A stretch of 64,000 bases of DNA from a bacterium. GTDB taxonomy: Bacteria; Cyanobacteriota; Sericytochromatia; S15B-MN24; VGJW01. Each line of letters opens with the position of its first letter. Positions within the stretch are counted from its first letter, which is position 1. Location: contig JAJXWQ010000005.1 in the NCBI GenBank assembly GCA_021781555.1, positions 4,333 to 68,332 on the forward strand, written 5' to 3'. The notes under the pieces are model-generated. The model had not been told where the DNA came from, ran no database searches, and saw only the letters and a list, made by a program, of their open reading frames with translations. Shown piece by piece: positions 1 to 12,036 of this stretch. The position numbers were made by a program, and so were the translations under genes.

Positions 1-101
1 TTTGCTAGCCAATCATCTTCTACCCAGCCCCGCCGAACACTGGTGAACCACGCGACCGGTCAGCACCCAGCCGTTGCCAATCCCCCCCCTTCCTGCTCAA
101 A

Positions 102-959
102 ATGGTGGGCGCCATGTTGATGCTCCTCGTCGCCGCCTCCGCCACCCTGCCGCCCGAGGCCGTGTTGCTCCGGCAGGCCCGTACACAGCTGGTGAGGACC
201 ATCGCCAGCGATCCCTCGGATGCGCGTCCCCACCTCCTCCTGGGGCGCGTCTACGCCCGGGCCGGAGCGCCAGCTCGAGCACTGGGCGAGTTTCGCGTCG
301 CGGCTGCGGACGGGAGCCTGGCGGGGCTCCTCGCCGAGGCACACGAGCAATCCCGCCTCGCAAACTGGTCTGCGGTCCTCGACGAGGCCACCCGGGCCGA
401 AGCGCTGGCACGGCAGTCCGGGGCGGCGGCGCAGCAGCTCGATGCCCGTCTTCTCGAGGCGTATGCCCGCCTGGGGCTCGGCCATTACCAGCAAGCCCTG
501 GCAGGGTGCAAGAAACTCGAATCCTCGCCGCCCGCACCGCTGTCGCGGAACGACCGTGCCCGGTTACTGGCCACCAAGGCCGGGGCCCTGGGGCTCGAGG
601 CTCAAGAAGGCGGAATCGGTGCGCTGCTTACGATCGGCCCGCGGGTCAAGGGCGTTTTCGAGCAGGCCATCGCGGCCAATCCCGACCATGGCCTGGCCTG
701 GTACGGACTGGGTCGCTACTACCTCGAGGCGCCCCTGTTCCTCAACAACAGGGGCGAGGCTCTGCGCTGCTTGAGCCGGGCCGACGCCCTCGATCCGGGA
801 GACATCAACATCCGCTCCTGGTACCTCTACGCCCTTGGCGCCAACGGGCACCACAACCAGGAGCACGCAGGCCTGCCAGCGTTCCAGCGCGATTTCGCCG
901 ACGCACCGATCGCCGGATCCCTGCTGGCCAAGCTGGAGGCCGGCCATCCCCCCAAGTAG
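102..959 (+). CDS. Secreted TPR-like repeat protein (hypothetical)
   Basis: 285-aa ORF with strong GC3 bias; N-terminal hydrophobic signal-like segment (MLMLLVAASATL); helical repeat, TPR-like composition. Confidence 0.6.
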   Translation: MVGAMLMLLVAASATLPPEAVLLRQARTQLVRTIASDPSDARPHLLLGRVYARAGAPARALGEFRVAAADGSLAGLLAEAHEQSRLANWSAVLDEATRAEALARQSGAAAQQLDARLLEAYARLGLGHYQQALAGCKKLESSPPAPLSRNDRARLLATKAGALGLEAQEGGIGALLTIGPRVKGVFEQAIAANPDHGLAWYGLGRYYLEAPLFLNNRGEALRCLSRADALDPGDINIRSWYLYALGANGHHNQEHAGLPAFQRDFADAPIAGSLLAKLEAGHPPK

Positions 960-1010
960 CGCTCCGGGTGCCCTGCCCCCGGACCCGCAACGACGCACAG
1001 AGAGGTCCCA

Positions 1011-1796
1011 ATGCGCCCCATCCATCTCACCGCCGTTGCCCTGGCCCTTGCCCTGGCAGCCCCGGCCCGCGCAGCTGATTCCCTTCAGGCCGCCTACGCC
1101 CTGCAACACCAGCACCGCTGGCAAGAGGCCGAGCAGGCTTTCCGCCAGGCCCTGGCCGCCAAGCCGGACGCCGCCCACTATGCGGCCCTCGCCGACTTCC
1201 TGGATCTGACGGGACGCCCGGCCGATGGCCTGGCCGTGGCCGAAAAAGGTCTATCCGCCTTCCCGCAGGACGCTCCGCTGGCCGCGGCCGACGCCGAATG
1301 CCTGGGGGACGTGGGGCACTATCACGCGTCGATGGCGCTCTGCAACCGCGAGCTGGCGCGCTCCCGACACACGACGACCCCCAAGGCGACGCTGGCACGT
1401 TTCCGTCTGATCCTGGCCGGCGATCAGGGCGATGCGGCGCAGAAAGATGGGATCTTCGCGATGTTCAAGTATGCTTTCAGCGTCAAGGCGAACATCGACA
1501 AGGCGAGAACCCTCGATCCGACTTACGCCCGGGCCGTTTACGGCGCCGGAATGTACGAGGCCGAAAGCCCCATCGGCGGGAACCTCACCGAAGGCATCGC
1601 GTTGCTCGAGAAAGCCCACCGCCTGGATCCCGACGACTACGGCATTGACCTCGACCTGATCTCCCAGCTTGCCCACGCGGGCCACAAGAGCGAGGCCAGG
1701 AAGGAGCTCGCGGCATTCGAGAAGGCTTTCTCCGGGCTGCCGGCGGCGCGTCACGACATCCGGCCGCTCGAAAAGAAACTGGGCACGGGCGATTAG
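1011..1796 (+). CDS. Secreted TPR-like repeat protein, paralog-like of upstream gene
   Basis: 261-aa ORF; signal peptide (LTAVALALALAAPARA); TPR-like helical repeats; stop codon TAG lies in the first bases of a repeat copy. Confidence 0.6.
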   Translation: MRPIHLTAVALALALAAPARAADSLQAAYALQHQHRWQEAEQAFRQALAAKPDAAHYAALADFLDLTGRPADGLAVAEKGLSAFPQDAPLAAADAECLGDVGHYHASMALCNRELARSRHTTTPKATLARFRLILAGDQGDAAQKDGIFAMFKYAFSVKANIDKARTLDPTYARAVYGAGMYEAESPIGGNLTEGIALLEKAHRLDPDDYGIDLDLISQLAHAGHKSEARKELAAFEKAFSGLPAARHDIRPLEKKLGTGD

Positions 1797-1852
1797 GTTG
1801 CTCCCGGTTGCGCAGCGCCGCGACCGCGCAGAGGGACCCGTTCAAACTCCAA
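1794..1852 (+). repeat. Partial copy of the ~108-bp interspersed MITE-like repeat
   Basis: tag-gttgctcccggttgcgcagcgccgcgaccgcgcagagggacccgttcaaact matches the core of the repeat seen at 5147, 9506, 45946 and 54223. Confidence 0.7.
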
Positions 1853-1930
1853 AGCCCCCCATCCGAACGACCTGACCTTCAGGACGCATCAGGATCCGAG
1901 CGCTCACGCACTTCGATCTGTGCTAAACTG

Positions 1931-1957
1931 ATTTGACAATGATCGACGCAGTCAAAT
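1931..1957. promoter_or_regulatory. Inverted repeat ATTTGAC-N13-GTCAAAT overlapping a TTGACA hexamer, upstream of hspR-clpC
   Basis: Seen directly: atttgacaatgatcgacgcagtcaaat about 65 bp upstream of the hspR-like ORF; a half CIRCE-like gtgctaa sits just upstream. Confidence 0.35.
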
Positions 1958-2021
1958 GATGGCTGTCTGTTTTGCCCATCTTGCCGGTGGGTAGAACGAG
2001 CGTAAGTTCTCGCGGCCCCCT

Positions 2022-2558
2022 TTGCAAAGGGCCAAGGGACGGCCAACGGAGGTGAATTTGTTCGATCAGGGTTCCAAAGATCGGCCGCTGTACATCATCA
2101 GCGTGGCCGCGGAGCTCGTGAACATGCACCCGCAGACCCTGCGCCTGTACGAGCGGCGTGGGCTGGTGACTCCCAAGCGCCAGGGAAAGAACCGCCTGTA
2201 CTCGCAGCACGACATCGAACGCCTGATGGATATCCACCGCCTCACCCAGGAGCTGGGGATCAATCTGGCGGGCGTGGAACGAATCATCCGCTTGCAAAAC
2301 GAGCTCGACCATCTCAAGGCCCAGAAGGAAGCCGAGCTCCACGAGATCAAGAATCGCATCGACCAGCTCGAGCAGATCAAGCGCGCTCGCGAAGACGAGA
2401 TCGAGGATATCCGCCAGAAGCTGCACGACCAGATCGAGGGCGACTCCGGTCTCCAGGACCTTGGCCCGGCAGGTGGCGCCAACCAGCAGCCAGGTCGATC
2501 GTGGAATGCCAATCGACCCGAGGGCGGAGGCGAGCCACCAGCCAGGAGGTCGCAGTGA
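2022..2558 (+). CDS. hspR: MerR-family heat-shock repressor HspR-like
   Basis: MerR HTH ([30 protein letters not shown]...[11 protein letters not shown]), then a coiled-coil C-terminus; directly upstream of clpC; the true start may be a TTG a few codons in. Confidence 0.7.
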   Translation: MQRAKGRPTEVNLFDQGSKDRPLYIISVAAELVNMHPQTLRLYERRGLVTPKRQGKNRLYSQHDIERLMDIHRLTQELGINLAGVERIIRLQNELDHLKAQKEAELHEIKNRIDQLEQIKRAREDEIEDIRQKLHDQIEGDSGLQDLGPAGGANQQPGRSWNANRPEGGGEPPARRSQ

Positions 2559-2674
2559 CGCCGGCTGACCCGATCATCGGTATGGTAAGATTCGAGGGGT
2601 AAAGGCCCTTTTCTGTCCCGTAGATCCAGACGAGCCTGCGGGCTCGCGAGGGCCCTGACCAAAAGAGGTGCAAG

Positions 2675-5146
<2,472 letters not shown>

Positions 5147-5149
<3 letters not shown>

Positions 5150-5280
5150 AGTGCTCCCGGTTTGAATGGATGGAGCCCGATGAGTCAAACGGGGCCCGGT
5201 TGCGCAGCGAAGCGACCGCGCAGAGGGACCCGTTCAAACTGCAAAAGGTCTAGAGTGCTCCCGGCTTGAATGGATCGGGC
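5147..5280 (+). repeat. Full copy of the ~108-bp MITE-like repeat plus a partial second copy (5251-5280)
   Basis: ctagagtgctcccggtttgaatggatggagcccgatgagtcaaacggggcccggttgcgcagcgaagcgaccgcgcagagggacccgttcaaactgcaaaaggtctag; its first TAG is the clpC stop codon. Confidence 0.9.
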
Positions 5281-6149
5281 TAGGTCGCGAGCCCGATCAG
5301 CAGGTCGGCGAGCTGTAGCGTGACGCGGTTCGGACGGTTGTCATAGAGAGGCACGACCACGAGGCCGGGGGCAGCGAGGTGGGCAGCTACAGCAAGCGCC
5401 GGGTCGTTGGTGTCCATCACCGACAGGCAGGGCACGCCTGCGTTCACGGCCGCGCCAGCGTGACCGTGGTCCGCGACCACGAGATCCACGCTCGCCTGGG
5501 CCAGCACGGCTTCCATCGGGCGGGTCGAGTGGCCGTGCAGGATGCCGCATCCGTCGCTCGTCACCGCCACGCCGCCGACGTCGTCCACGAACCAGTCGAT
5601 CCCGGCAAAAGCCCCGGTCGGAATGCGGGCGATCGTGCAGCCCGCGCGGGCCAGCCAGTCGGCAAGTCGGAAATAGCAGCCAAGCATTGCCCCTGGATGT
5701 CCGGTCCCAAAAGCTACGGTCCACCGGCGTGAGACGGCTTCGGCGAGTACAGAGGCCATCCGTTCGATGCCCGCTCCTGCAGCCACGGGGCTGATATAGC
5801 CCGGATCCTGCAGGTAATCGTCCCGCGAGCATCCGCACGCAGCGGCCATCAGCTGGATCACGACCGCTTCGTTCAGGTCACCGCGCACCAGAGCCCTCTC
5901 GACGAGCGCAACCCCGAAGGTGTAGAAAACCTCGCCCTCGAGGAGACGGCGGATCGCCTTGAGATTCGCCTGGAGGCTGTTGGGGACACGACCGGCCAAT
6001 CCCCATTCCAGCAACCGGTCGGCGATCTCCGTGCGGGTCGTCCAGGTAGGCATTCCCCCTCCTCTGACGATCACCTCGGCGGCGCCCGGATGCGCCCGCC
6101 CCGACCCGGCAGCCGACCCGATCAGGAGCTCGGTTCGGCTTCGGGCCAC
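5280..6149 (-). CDS. Hypothetical protein with His-rich motifs (TGHPG, LHGHS, DHGH); possible metal-dependent hydrolase
   Basis: 289-aa ORF (likely shorter; an internal Met MPTW is possible); GC3 bias is consistent; no family recognised with confidence. Confidence 0.45.
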   Translation of the reverse strand: MARSRTELLIGSAAGSGRAHPGAAEVIVRGGGMPTWTTRTEIADRLLEWGLAGRVPNSLQANLKAIRRLLEGEVFYTFGVALVERALVRGDLNEAVVIQLMAAACGCSRDDYLQDPGYISPVAAGAGIERMASVLAEAVSRRWTVAFGTGHPGAMLGCYFRLADWLARAGCTIARIPTGAFAGIDWFVDDVGGVAVTSDGCGILHGHSTRPMEAVLAQASVDLVVADHGHAGAAVNAGVPCLSVMDTNDPALAVAAHLAAPGLVVVPLYDNRPNRVTLQLADLLIGLAT

Positions 6150-7747
6150 GCCGGGGTCCGGGCCAGGTCCGCCAGCTGGAGATCGCCCAGCTGATCCGCC
6201 AGCCAGCGAGAAATGGGCCGATGCCTCACCTGGTAGCGCAAGCGCTCTTGCATGGCCCTACGCTCGGCCGCCGGCAAGGCCAGGGCCGTCGCCAGGGCCT
6301 CGGCCGTGCCGGCGACGTCGTGCGGGTGGATGAGTTTGGCGCCCAGTTCGAGCTCCTCGGCGGCCCCTGCGTTCTCCGAGAGCAGCAAAACTCCGCCGCG
6401 TCGATTGACGATGGGGCCCTCCTTGGCCACCAGATTCATGCCGTCAGCCAGTGAATTGACCAGCAGTGCATCGTAGCGCTTCATCGCGGCAATCGCCCGG
6501 GCGTAGTTATCCTCCGTGAAGAGGGTGATCGGCCGCCACCGTTCCGTGCCCCAGAGAGCCTCGAGACGCCGGGCCTGGGCAATCACCTGCTCGAGGTAGC
6601 GGCGGTACACGAGGGTCCCCTGGCGGGAGGCCGGCAGGAGCGCCCAGAGCGTGGTCTTCCCGCGCGCCGCAGGATTCTGCTGCAAGAACAGGTCGAAAGC
6701 CTTGAAGCTCCGCAACACGTTCTTGCTCGGATCGGCCCGGGACACCATCAACACGACCTGGGTGTCGTCCGGGGCGAGCTTGTGAAGCTGGCGCTCGAAG
6801 TGCCGCACCTCCACGCTGTCGGCAAATCCCTGCAGCCAGTCCGGGTCGATCGAGATGGGATAGGGTCGCACGCGCACCGTGCGGCCCCGGTAGCGCACGA
6901 GGCCGCGCTCCAGGTCGATGTCGGCGTCCAGGTATTCCCGGCAGGTGTACAGGAAGTTCCGGACGTAGCGAGCCGTATGGAAACCAACGATGTCAGCTGC
7001 GAGCAAACTTTCCAGGATCTCGGCGCGGATCGGTCCGACCAGCGATCGCCAGGCATCCGGACCGGGCCACGGCACGTGCGTAAAGTGAAGGATGCGAGCG
7101 TCCGAGCGCCTACGGCGCAGGTAGCCCGGCACGAGGAATAGATGGTAGTCCTGGACCAGCACGAGCGGCTCGGGGGTCCCCGCGGTCTTCCGGGACAGGC
7201 GCGAGGCGAAGGCCAGGTTGACCCGCCGGTACGCCTCCCAGGACTGCCACAGCGGGGGGTCGAAGTCCGGCTCGTTGGGCGAGTTGCCGATCCCGTGCAG
7301 GATGAACCACAGCAGGTGGTTGGAGACCTCGTCGTAATACCGCCGGAAGTCGCCGCGTTCGGGCGTGAGCAGGCTGACGTGGAGCATCCGCGACCCCACG
7401 GGGACCCTGAGATCACCGCGGGACAGGCGCGCTGCGGCTGCGTCGGTCTCGTTCATGGCGGCGGCCACCCACGTCGCGCTCACGCGAGAGACGGCGCTGC
7501 GCAGGGCCGTGACGAGCCCGCCCGGACCTCGCCGGATGCGCACGTCCCCGCCGTCGAGGACCTCCAGCTCGACCGGGCCGCGGTTCGAGGCCAGGAACAC
7601 CGGCGCGGCCTGACGAGTCTGGCCCGCCGCATCCGGGTCGGAAAACTCGAAAGGATCTACGGACAGAACCACCCCGCCTCCCACTTCCGGCGCCCGGTAG
7701 GCCAGAATCAGGGACGACATGTGCCAGGCGATCTCGATCCGCAGCAT
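6122..7747 (-). CDS. otsA: GT20-family alpha,alpha-trehalose-phosphate synthase (OtsA/GgpS-like)
   Basis: Motifs LVLVQDYHLFLVPGYLRR, HFTHVPWP, GFHT and LLVNSLADGMNLVAKE typical of GT20 OtsA; start moved to internal Met (MLRIEIAWHM), giving about 541 aa. Confidence 0.85.
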   Translation of the reverse strand: MLRIEIAWHMSSLILAYRAPEVGGGVVLSVDPFEFSDPDAAGQTRQAAPVFLASNRGPVELEVLDGGDVRIRRGPGGLVTALRSAVSRVSATWVAAAMNETDAAAARLSRGDLRVPVGSRMLHVSLLTPERGDFRRYYDEVSNHLLWFILHGIGNSPNEPDFDPPLWQSWEAYRRVNLAFASRLSRKTAGTPEPLVLVQDYHLFLVPGYLRRRRSDARILHFTHVPWPGPDAWRSLVGPIRAEILESLLAADIVGFHTARYVRNFLYTCREYLDADIDLERGLVRYRGRTVRVRPYPISIDPDWLQGFADSVEVRHFERQLHKLAPDDTQVVLMVSRADPSKNVLRSFKAFDLFLQQNPAARGKTTLWALLPASRQGTLVYRRYLEQVIAQARRLEALWGTERWRPITLFTEDNYARAIAAMKRYDALLVNSLADGMNLVAKEGPIVNRRGGVLLLSENAGAAEELELGAKLIHPHDVAGTAEALATALALPAAERRAMQERLRYQVRHRPISRWLADQLGDLQLADLARTPAWPEAEPSS

Positions 7748-7913
7748 CGCGGACTGGTCGGACCCTATCACAAAGGCTGCCGTACCCTCAACGCCCGGCC
7801 GCCCCCTCCAAGGGAGCGCACGGCGGGCTGGCACGGATTCCACGCCCCCCTTGCAAAGGATTTCGTCCGGCTCGACGACCCGGCCGCTGGCCTCGGCTGC
7901 GAAACTAGCTCCT

Positions 7914-9050
7914 ATGGCTCGCCTTGCAGCCCCTGGTCGTCCGCTTCGCATCGGGTTGGTGGCTCCGCCGGCCCTGGCGGTGCCGCCGATCGGATACGGC
8001 GGCGTCGAGGCGGTGATCCATGCGCTGGCGCAAGCCCTCGAGGCCGAAGGCGTCGCGGTGGAGGTCGCCTCGGCCGGCCGTGTCGAGGGGAGCTTCCGCG
8101 CTCCCGTTGGCCTCGAACTGTCTGCCGATGAAGCCCACGCCGCAGATCTGATCCACGTGGCGAGGTCCTATGCTGCGCTGGCCAGCATGGACGTGATCCA
8201 CGACCACACCAAGGCCGCTGGAGCGGCCCTGGCAAGCTTCAGCAGGGTTCCGGTCCTGACGACCGTGCACAACGATGTCAACCCGGTCCGCCTGGCCCTG
8301 TACCGTGCCAGTCGGGGCCATCCCTTCGTGTTCCTGTCACGAGCTCAACATGCGCGCTATCCGGGCGTGGCGGCTTCCGGCATCGTTCCCAACGGCATCG
8401 ACTTGCGCCAGTCACCCTTCCGGTCGCGCAAGGAGGGCTACCTGCTTTTCCTGGGGCGGTTCAGCCGCGTCAAGGGACCGCACGAGGCCATCGCCATCGC
8501 ACGGGCAGCAGGGATGCCGCTGGTCCTGGCGGGCACGGTGGATCCGGCGGACCGCGCCTTCTTCGCGGAGGAGATCGCCCCTCACCTGGACGGCTCGAGC
8601 ATCCGCCTGGCCGGAGAGGTCGGGGGGAATGCGAAGTGGGACTTGATCTCGAAAGCCCGGGCCCTGATAGCGCCGATCCTGTGGGAAGAACCGTTCGGAC
8701 TGGTCTTCATCGAGGCGATGGCCTGCGGAACCCCGGTGCTGGCCTATCGTGGCGGCGCCGCACCTGAGATCGTGGTGAGCGGCAAGACGGGATTTCTGGC
8801 CCGGGATCGGGCCGGCCTCGTCGCGGCCTGCAGCCGCCTTCCGGAGATCTCGGCCACGGCGTGCCGACGGCACGTGTCGGACCACTTTTCGGCACGTACG
8901 ATGGCGCGGGCCTATCGGGTCCTCTACGAGCGCTTGCGCCTCGGCGAGGTCACACCCGCGAGCGGGCGATCGCAGGTTTCCCCCCCCATGGCCGCCGAAG
9001 CTGCGGCCATGGCTTTACGGAGCGGGCGTCTGGAAGGAGGCGATTCATGA
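7914..9050 (+). CDS. GT4-family glycosyltransferase
   Basis: GT-B fold with EX7E-like C-terminal region (PILWEEPFGLVFIEAMACGTPVLAYRGGAAPEIV); start at MARLAAPG; divergent from otsA. Confidence 0.8.
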   Translation: MARLAAPGRPLRIGLVAPPALAVPPIGYGGVEAVIHALAQALEAEGVAVEVASAGRVEGSFRAPVGLELSADEAHAADLIHVARSYAALASMDVIHDHTKAAGAALASFSRVPVLTTVHNDVNPVRLALYRASRGHPFVFLSRAQHARYPGVAASGIVPNGIDLRQSPFRSRKEGYLLFLGRFSRVKGPHEAIAIARAAGMPLVLAGTVDPADRAFFAEEIAPHLDGSSIRLAGEVGGNAKWDLISKARALIAPILWEEPFGLVFIEAMACGTPVLAYRGGAAPEIVVSGKTGFLARDRAGLVAACSRLPEISATACRRHVSDHFSARTMARAYRVLYERLRLGEVTPASGRSQVSPPMAAEAAAMALRSGRLEGGDS

Positions 9051-9508
9051 ACCGGGCCTTGGTCATGCTGATCGGGGGAGCCGCCGGAGCGGCGACCGGA
9101 ATCTTGGCCGCATTGCTCGTCGCACCGGACACCGGTGGGGAGATGCGCAAAGGACTGCGGGCGGGAGCCCGCACGCTGGGGTCTGCCGCCCACGGCGGCC
9201 TGGCCAGGGGAAGGCTGCGGATGACCGAACTCGTGGCTTCGGGCTCCGAGATCGCCCGGCAGATGCGCGATCGGGCCGGCGACGTCACCGGGAACCTGAA
9301 GGATCAGGCCGGGCGTGCCAAAGGGCAGGCCGGGCGCGTGAAGGAGCATGCGAGCCACCTCGCCAAGCAGGCAAGCCGGATTCGCGAGCAGGAGCCCGGG
9401 CGAGCCGAGTCCGAAGCCGAGATCCCGAGCGCGAAGGACATTCTAAGTCAGGCCGCCAATGCGCTTGGGCAGGCCCAGGCGGCCCTCGAGGCGATCCGCA
9501 GGATCTAG
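9047..9508 (+). CDS. YtxH-like (DUF948) membrane-anchored stress protein
   Basis: N-terminal TM helix (ALVMLIGGAAGAATGILAALLVAP) then charged coiled-coil region; ATGA start/stop overlap with upstream GT4; RBS ggaaggagg; stop TAG lies within a repeat copy. Confidence 0.6.
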   Translation: MNRALVMLIGGAAGAATGILAALLVAPDTGGEMRKGLRAGARTLGSAAHGGLARGRLRMTELVASGSEIARQMRDRAGDVTGNLKDQAGRAKGQAGRVKEHASHLAKQASRIREQEPGRAESEAEIPSAKDILSQAANALGQAQAALEAIRRI

Positions 9509-9640
9509 AGTGCTCCCGGTTTGAATGGATCGAGCCCGATGAGTCAAACGGGGCCCGGTTGCGCAGCGAAGCGACCGCGCAGAGGGCCCCGTTCAAACTG
9601 CAAAAGGCCTAGGGTGCTCCCGCGCTGCGCTCGGGCTGTG
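9506..9640 (+). repeat. Full copy of the MITE-like repeat plus a partial second copy
   Basis: Near-identical to the 5147 and 45946 copies; a truncated unit ctagggtgctcccg follows. Confidence 0.9.
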
Positions 9641-9643
9641 ACT

Positions 9644-9667
9644 CGAGGGAACCCGCGGGTTCCCTCG
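9644..9667. other. Perfect 24-bp palindrome cgagggaacccgcgggttccctcg
   Basis: Seen directly; lies between the repeat and the 3' end of the minus-strand membrane-protein gene; candidate hairpin terminator or protein-binding site. Confidence 0.4.
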
Positions 9668-9766
9668 AACTCTCTTGGCCTGCGAACAAGCTCCTGCGCC
9701 GCCCGGCTCTGATCGTCGCCGGGGTTTCAGCGTGCTCCCGGCTTGCAGGGCTCAAGCGCGAGGGTG

Positions 9767-10429
9767 CTAGCTGTCCGGTTGCGCGAGTTCCCGCTCGCGA
9801 GCCGAAACGATCTCCCGGAATACGAGACCCATGGCGATCGTCGTGACCGGCGCGGAAACAAGGACGCCGACACCGAGGCACAGAAATCCGGCGAGGTTGA
9901 GCATCGTCAACCAGAAGGTGAAGGCGAGCAGGGGTGTCTTGATCCCCTTGGTGACGATCGAACTTGCCCTCATCGCTGCCAGGGGGCCCATCTTGCGGTC
10001 CACCACGAAGTGTGGGGCCATCATGAACTGAGCCGACCAGATGATGCCCGGAACCACGAAGAGGAGCGTTCCGAACAGCACCACCAGGCCGATCAGGCAT
10101 CCCGTCACGAAGAAGCTTATCGTCTGACGCCAGCCCGCCCACATGACCGCGACGCGGGGCTCCTGGCCATCGGCCGCGTCGATGCCGACCTGCGTGTAGC
10201 CGATGGCCAGGACGATCGGGACGAAGAGGTCGACAAACAGCAAGGGCAAGCCGAACGGCCCGGCCGCGTGGGCGATCCAGCTGAGGACCGAGCTGCCGCC
10301 GCCGAAAAGGGCCGTCGCAAAAAGCCAGAAGCCCAGGTCGGCCTTGGTCCTTTCCCAGCCGAACGCGAGCGCCCGGCGGCTGTCGACCCGCCCGGCGGAG
10401 ATCACTTGCACGGGGGCCTGGCTTCTCAT
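9767..10429 (-). CDS. Polytopic membrane protein (DUF975/GDPD-membrane-domain-like)
   Basis: 220 aa with about 5 hydrophobic helices; the opposite-strand ORF translates to low-complexity charged junk. Confidence 0.55.
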   Translation of the reverse strand: MRSQAPVQVISAGRVDSRRALAFGWERTKADLGFWLFATALFGGGSSVLSWIAHAAGPFGLPLLFVDLFVPIVLAIGYTQVGIDAADGQEPRVAVMWAGWRQTISFFVTGCLIGLVVLFGTLLFVVPGIIWSAQFMMAPHFVVDRKMGPLAAMRASSIVTKGIKTPLLAFTFWLTMLNLAGFLCLGVGVLVSAPVTTIAMGLVFREIVSARERELAQPDS

Positions 10430-10584
10430 GAAACTCCCTGGCGCCTGGTCAAAGGCGGGCTACTGGCAGGGCGCTGCAACTAGCGTACCCTGCAGGCCAA
10501 GCACAAAACCTTCCCGGGGTCCCCTTCGATCCGGGGCGTGCGGATCCGGCCAGCGGCGCGGGTGCCGGCCCTCCCGGCGGGCGA

Positions 10585-12036
10585 TCAGGCGTAGTAGCTC
10601 CCGTACCAGCGCTCGGCGTCCAGCCCCCCCAGTCGCTCGGGCGCGACGGCCGCCGTGAACAGACCGCGGGCGTCCGTTGGCAGCACGAGCAGCTCCGCGC
10701 CCGTAGAGCGTGCGACGTCAAGAACCGTGCGATCGTCGAGGAAAGTCAAAGAACCCGGCCGCAGCATGATGTCGGGAATCCAGATGGTGGACGAGCCCAG
10801 GGCCCCTGCCTCCAGCTCGGACCGCTCCCGGAGCCCCTGCTCGAGGTCGGACCCGGTCAAGAGTCCGGTCACCGTGATCGCATCTCCCCAGAACCGGCTT
10901 GGCAAAGGCAAGAGCCGCACCGCGAGGTTCGCCACCGAGTTGAGCCGGGCGACGATGGGAGCGAGGATCGGCGCAGCGGCCCGGCCCGTGAGGATCGTCG
11001 CCGACCTCGGCGCATCCAGCCGCGCGGGAAGCTTTCGTTCCAGCCGCGCCCACTCGTGCCACAAGAGACGCGCCCCCCCGATGCCGTCGCCCAGATTGGG
11101 GAAACCCGCGTAATGAGCCACGCCCGGGAAGGGCTCCTGGGCCTGCAGGTAGAACTCGTCGGCCAGCCGGACGATCGGATCGCCCAGCTCCCGCTTGAAC
11201 CGCCGCTGGTGGGCGCGTACCTGTTGGACGACCGCGGCGCACCAGGACCCCGTCGGTAGGGGAAGCTCGGCAAGATGGTTGCTCTGGCGGAAGGCCGTCG
11301 CTCCGTACGGGACGATGCACAGCGACAAAAGGTGTGGATACCAGCGGCCGATCGCCTCGGTGATGGTGCGGTCGAGCTCCGCGCCGTCGTTGCGACCCGG
11401 CGTCAGGACGATCTGGCCGTGGAACTCGATGCCGAGCGACGCCAGACGATCCAGCTGGGCGTGGAGTCTGCGGGCCAGCGGCTGTCCCAGAAGTTCGGCG
11501 CGCAACTCGGGATCGGTGGTGTGAATGGAGACATACAGGGGCGAGAGGTGCATGGCCGCGATGCGCTGCCACTCCCGCTCCGACAGGTTGGTCAGCGTGA
11601 TGAAGTTGCCCTGCAGGAAGGACAGGCGGTAGTCGTCGTCCTCGATGTAGAGCGAGCGCCGCAAGGGGACGTCGGCCCGTGAGAGCGCGGCCCGCGATCC
11701 CGGATAGCCGGGCATCTGGTGGACGAAGCAGAACTCGCAGCGGTTGGCGCATTCCCGCACGCGGTCGAAGACGGCAGCGGCGAAGGACAGGCCCAGATCC
11801 TCGTCTGGATCCTTGGCAATGCGTACGGTCCGGCGCTCGTGGCCGCGCCAGAACGTGACCTCGATCTCGGGCTCCGCCGCCGCGAAGCGGAAATCGATGA
11901 GGTCCTCGAGGAATTGCCCGTCGATGGCCTCCAGGCGATCGCCGACAGACAATCCGGCCGCCGCTCCCAGCGACCCGGGTGCGACGGCCGTGATGATTCC
12001 GCCTCGAGGGTCAGTCTTCGTCCTCGTCGGCTCCAC
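10585..12036 (-). CDS. DUF512 protein: N-terminal PDZ domain fused to a radical-SAM-like domain
   Basis: PDZ-like N-terminus (GGIITAVAPGSLGAAAGLSVGDRL); CxxxCxxC motif (CANRCEFC); 483 aa; start overlaps the 3' end of rpsA by about 26 nt. Confidence 0.75.
   Translation of the reverse strand: MEPTRTKTDPRGGIITAVAPGSLGAAAGLSVGDRLEAIDGQFLEDLIDFRFAAAEPEIEVTFWRGHERRTVRIAKDPDEDLGLSFAAAVFDRVRECANRCEFCFVHQMPGYPGSRAALSRADVPLRRSLYIEDDDYRLSFLQGNFITLTNLSEREWQRIAAMHLSPLYVSIHTTDPELRAELLGQPLARRLHAQLDRLASLGIEFHGQIVLTPGRNDGAELDRTITEAIGRWYPHLLSLCIVPYGATAFRQSNHLAELPLPTGSWCAAVVQQVRAHQRRFKRELGDPIVRLADEFYLQAQEPFPGVAHYAGFPNLGDGIGGARLLWHEWARLERKLPARLDAPRSATILTGRAAAPILAPIVARLNSVANLAVRLLPLPSRFWGDAITVTGLLTGSDLEQGLRERSELEAGALGSSTIWIPDIMLRPGSLTFLDDRTVLDVARSTGAELLVLPTDARGLFTAAVAPERLGGLDAERWYGSYYA

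Noticed and set aside
74-1078. Long ORFs on alternative frames or strands throughout (e.g. 74-1078 +, 2066-5188 -, 3598-5253 +, 13312-14322 -, 16986-18029 +, 23545-25509 -, 34711-36765 5' extension, 56638-58374 +, 60957-62036 +)
   Set aside because: These are typical GC-rich spurious frames. They are Arg/Pro/Gly/Ala-rich low-complexity translations and lack the third-position GC bias pattern. They overlap strongly supported genes on the other strand or frame (clpC, the 13474-14397 ORF, aroF, the M19 dipeptidase and pgi/pmi, the S8 protease, the beta-helix gene, nadE).
9743-10483. A plus-strand 246-aa ORF antisense to the membrane-protein gene
   Set aside because: Its translation is a charged low-complexity sequence (HRQPEGEGEQ…) with no hydrophobic core. 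The minus-strand ORF encodes a coherent polytopic membrane protein.
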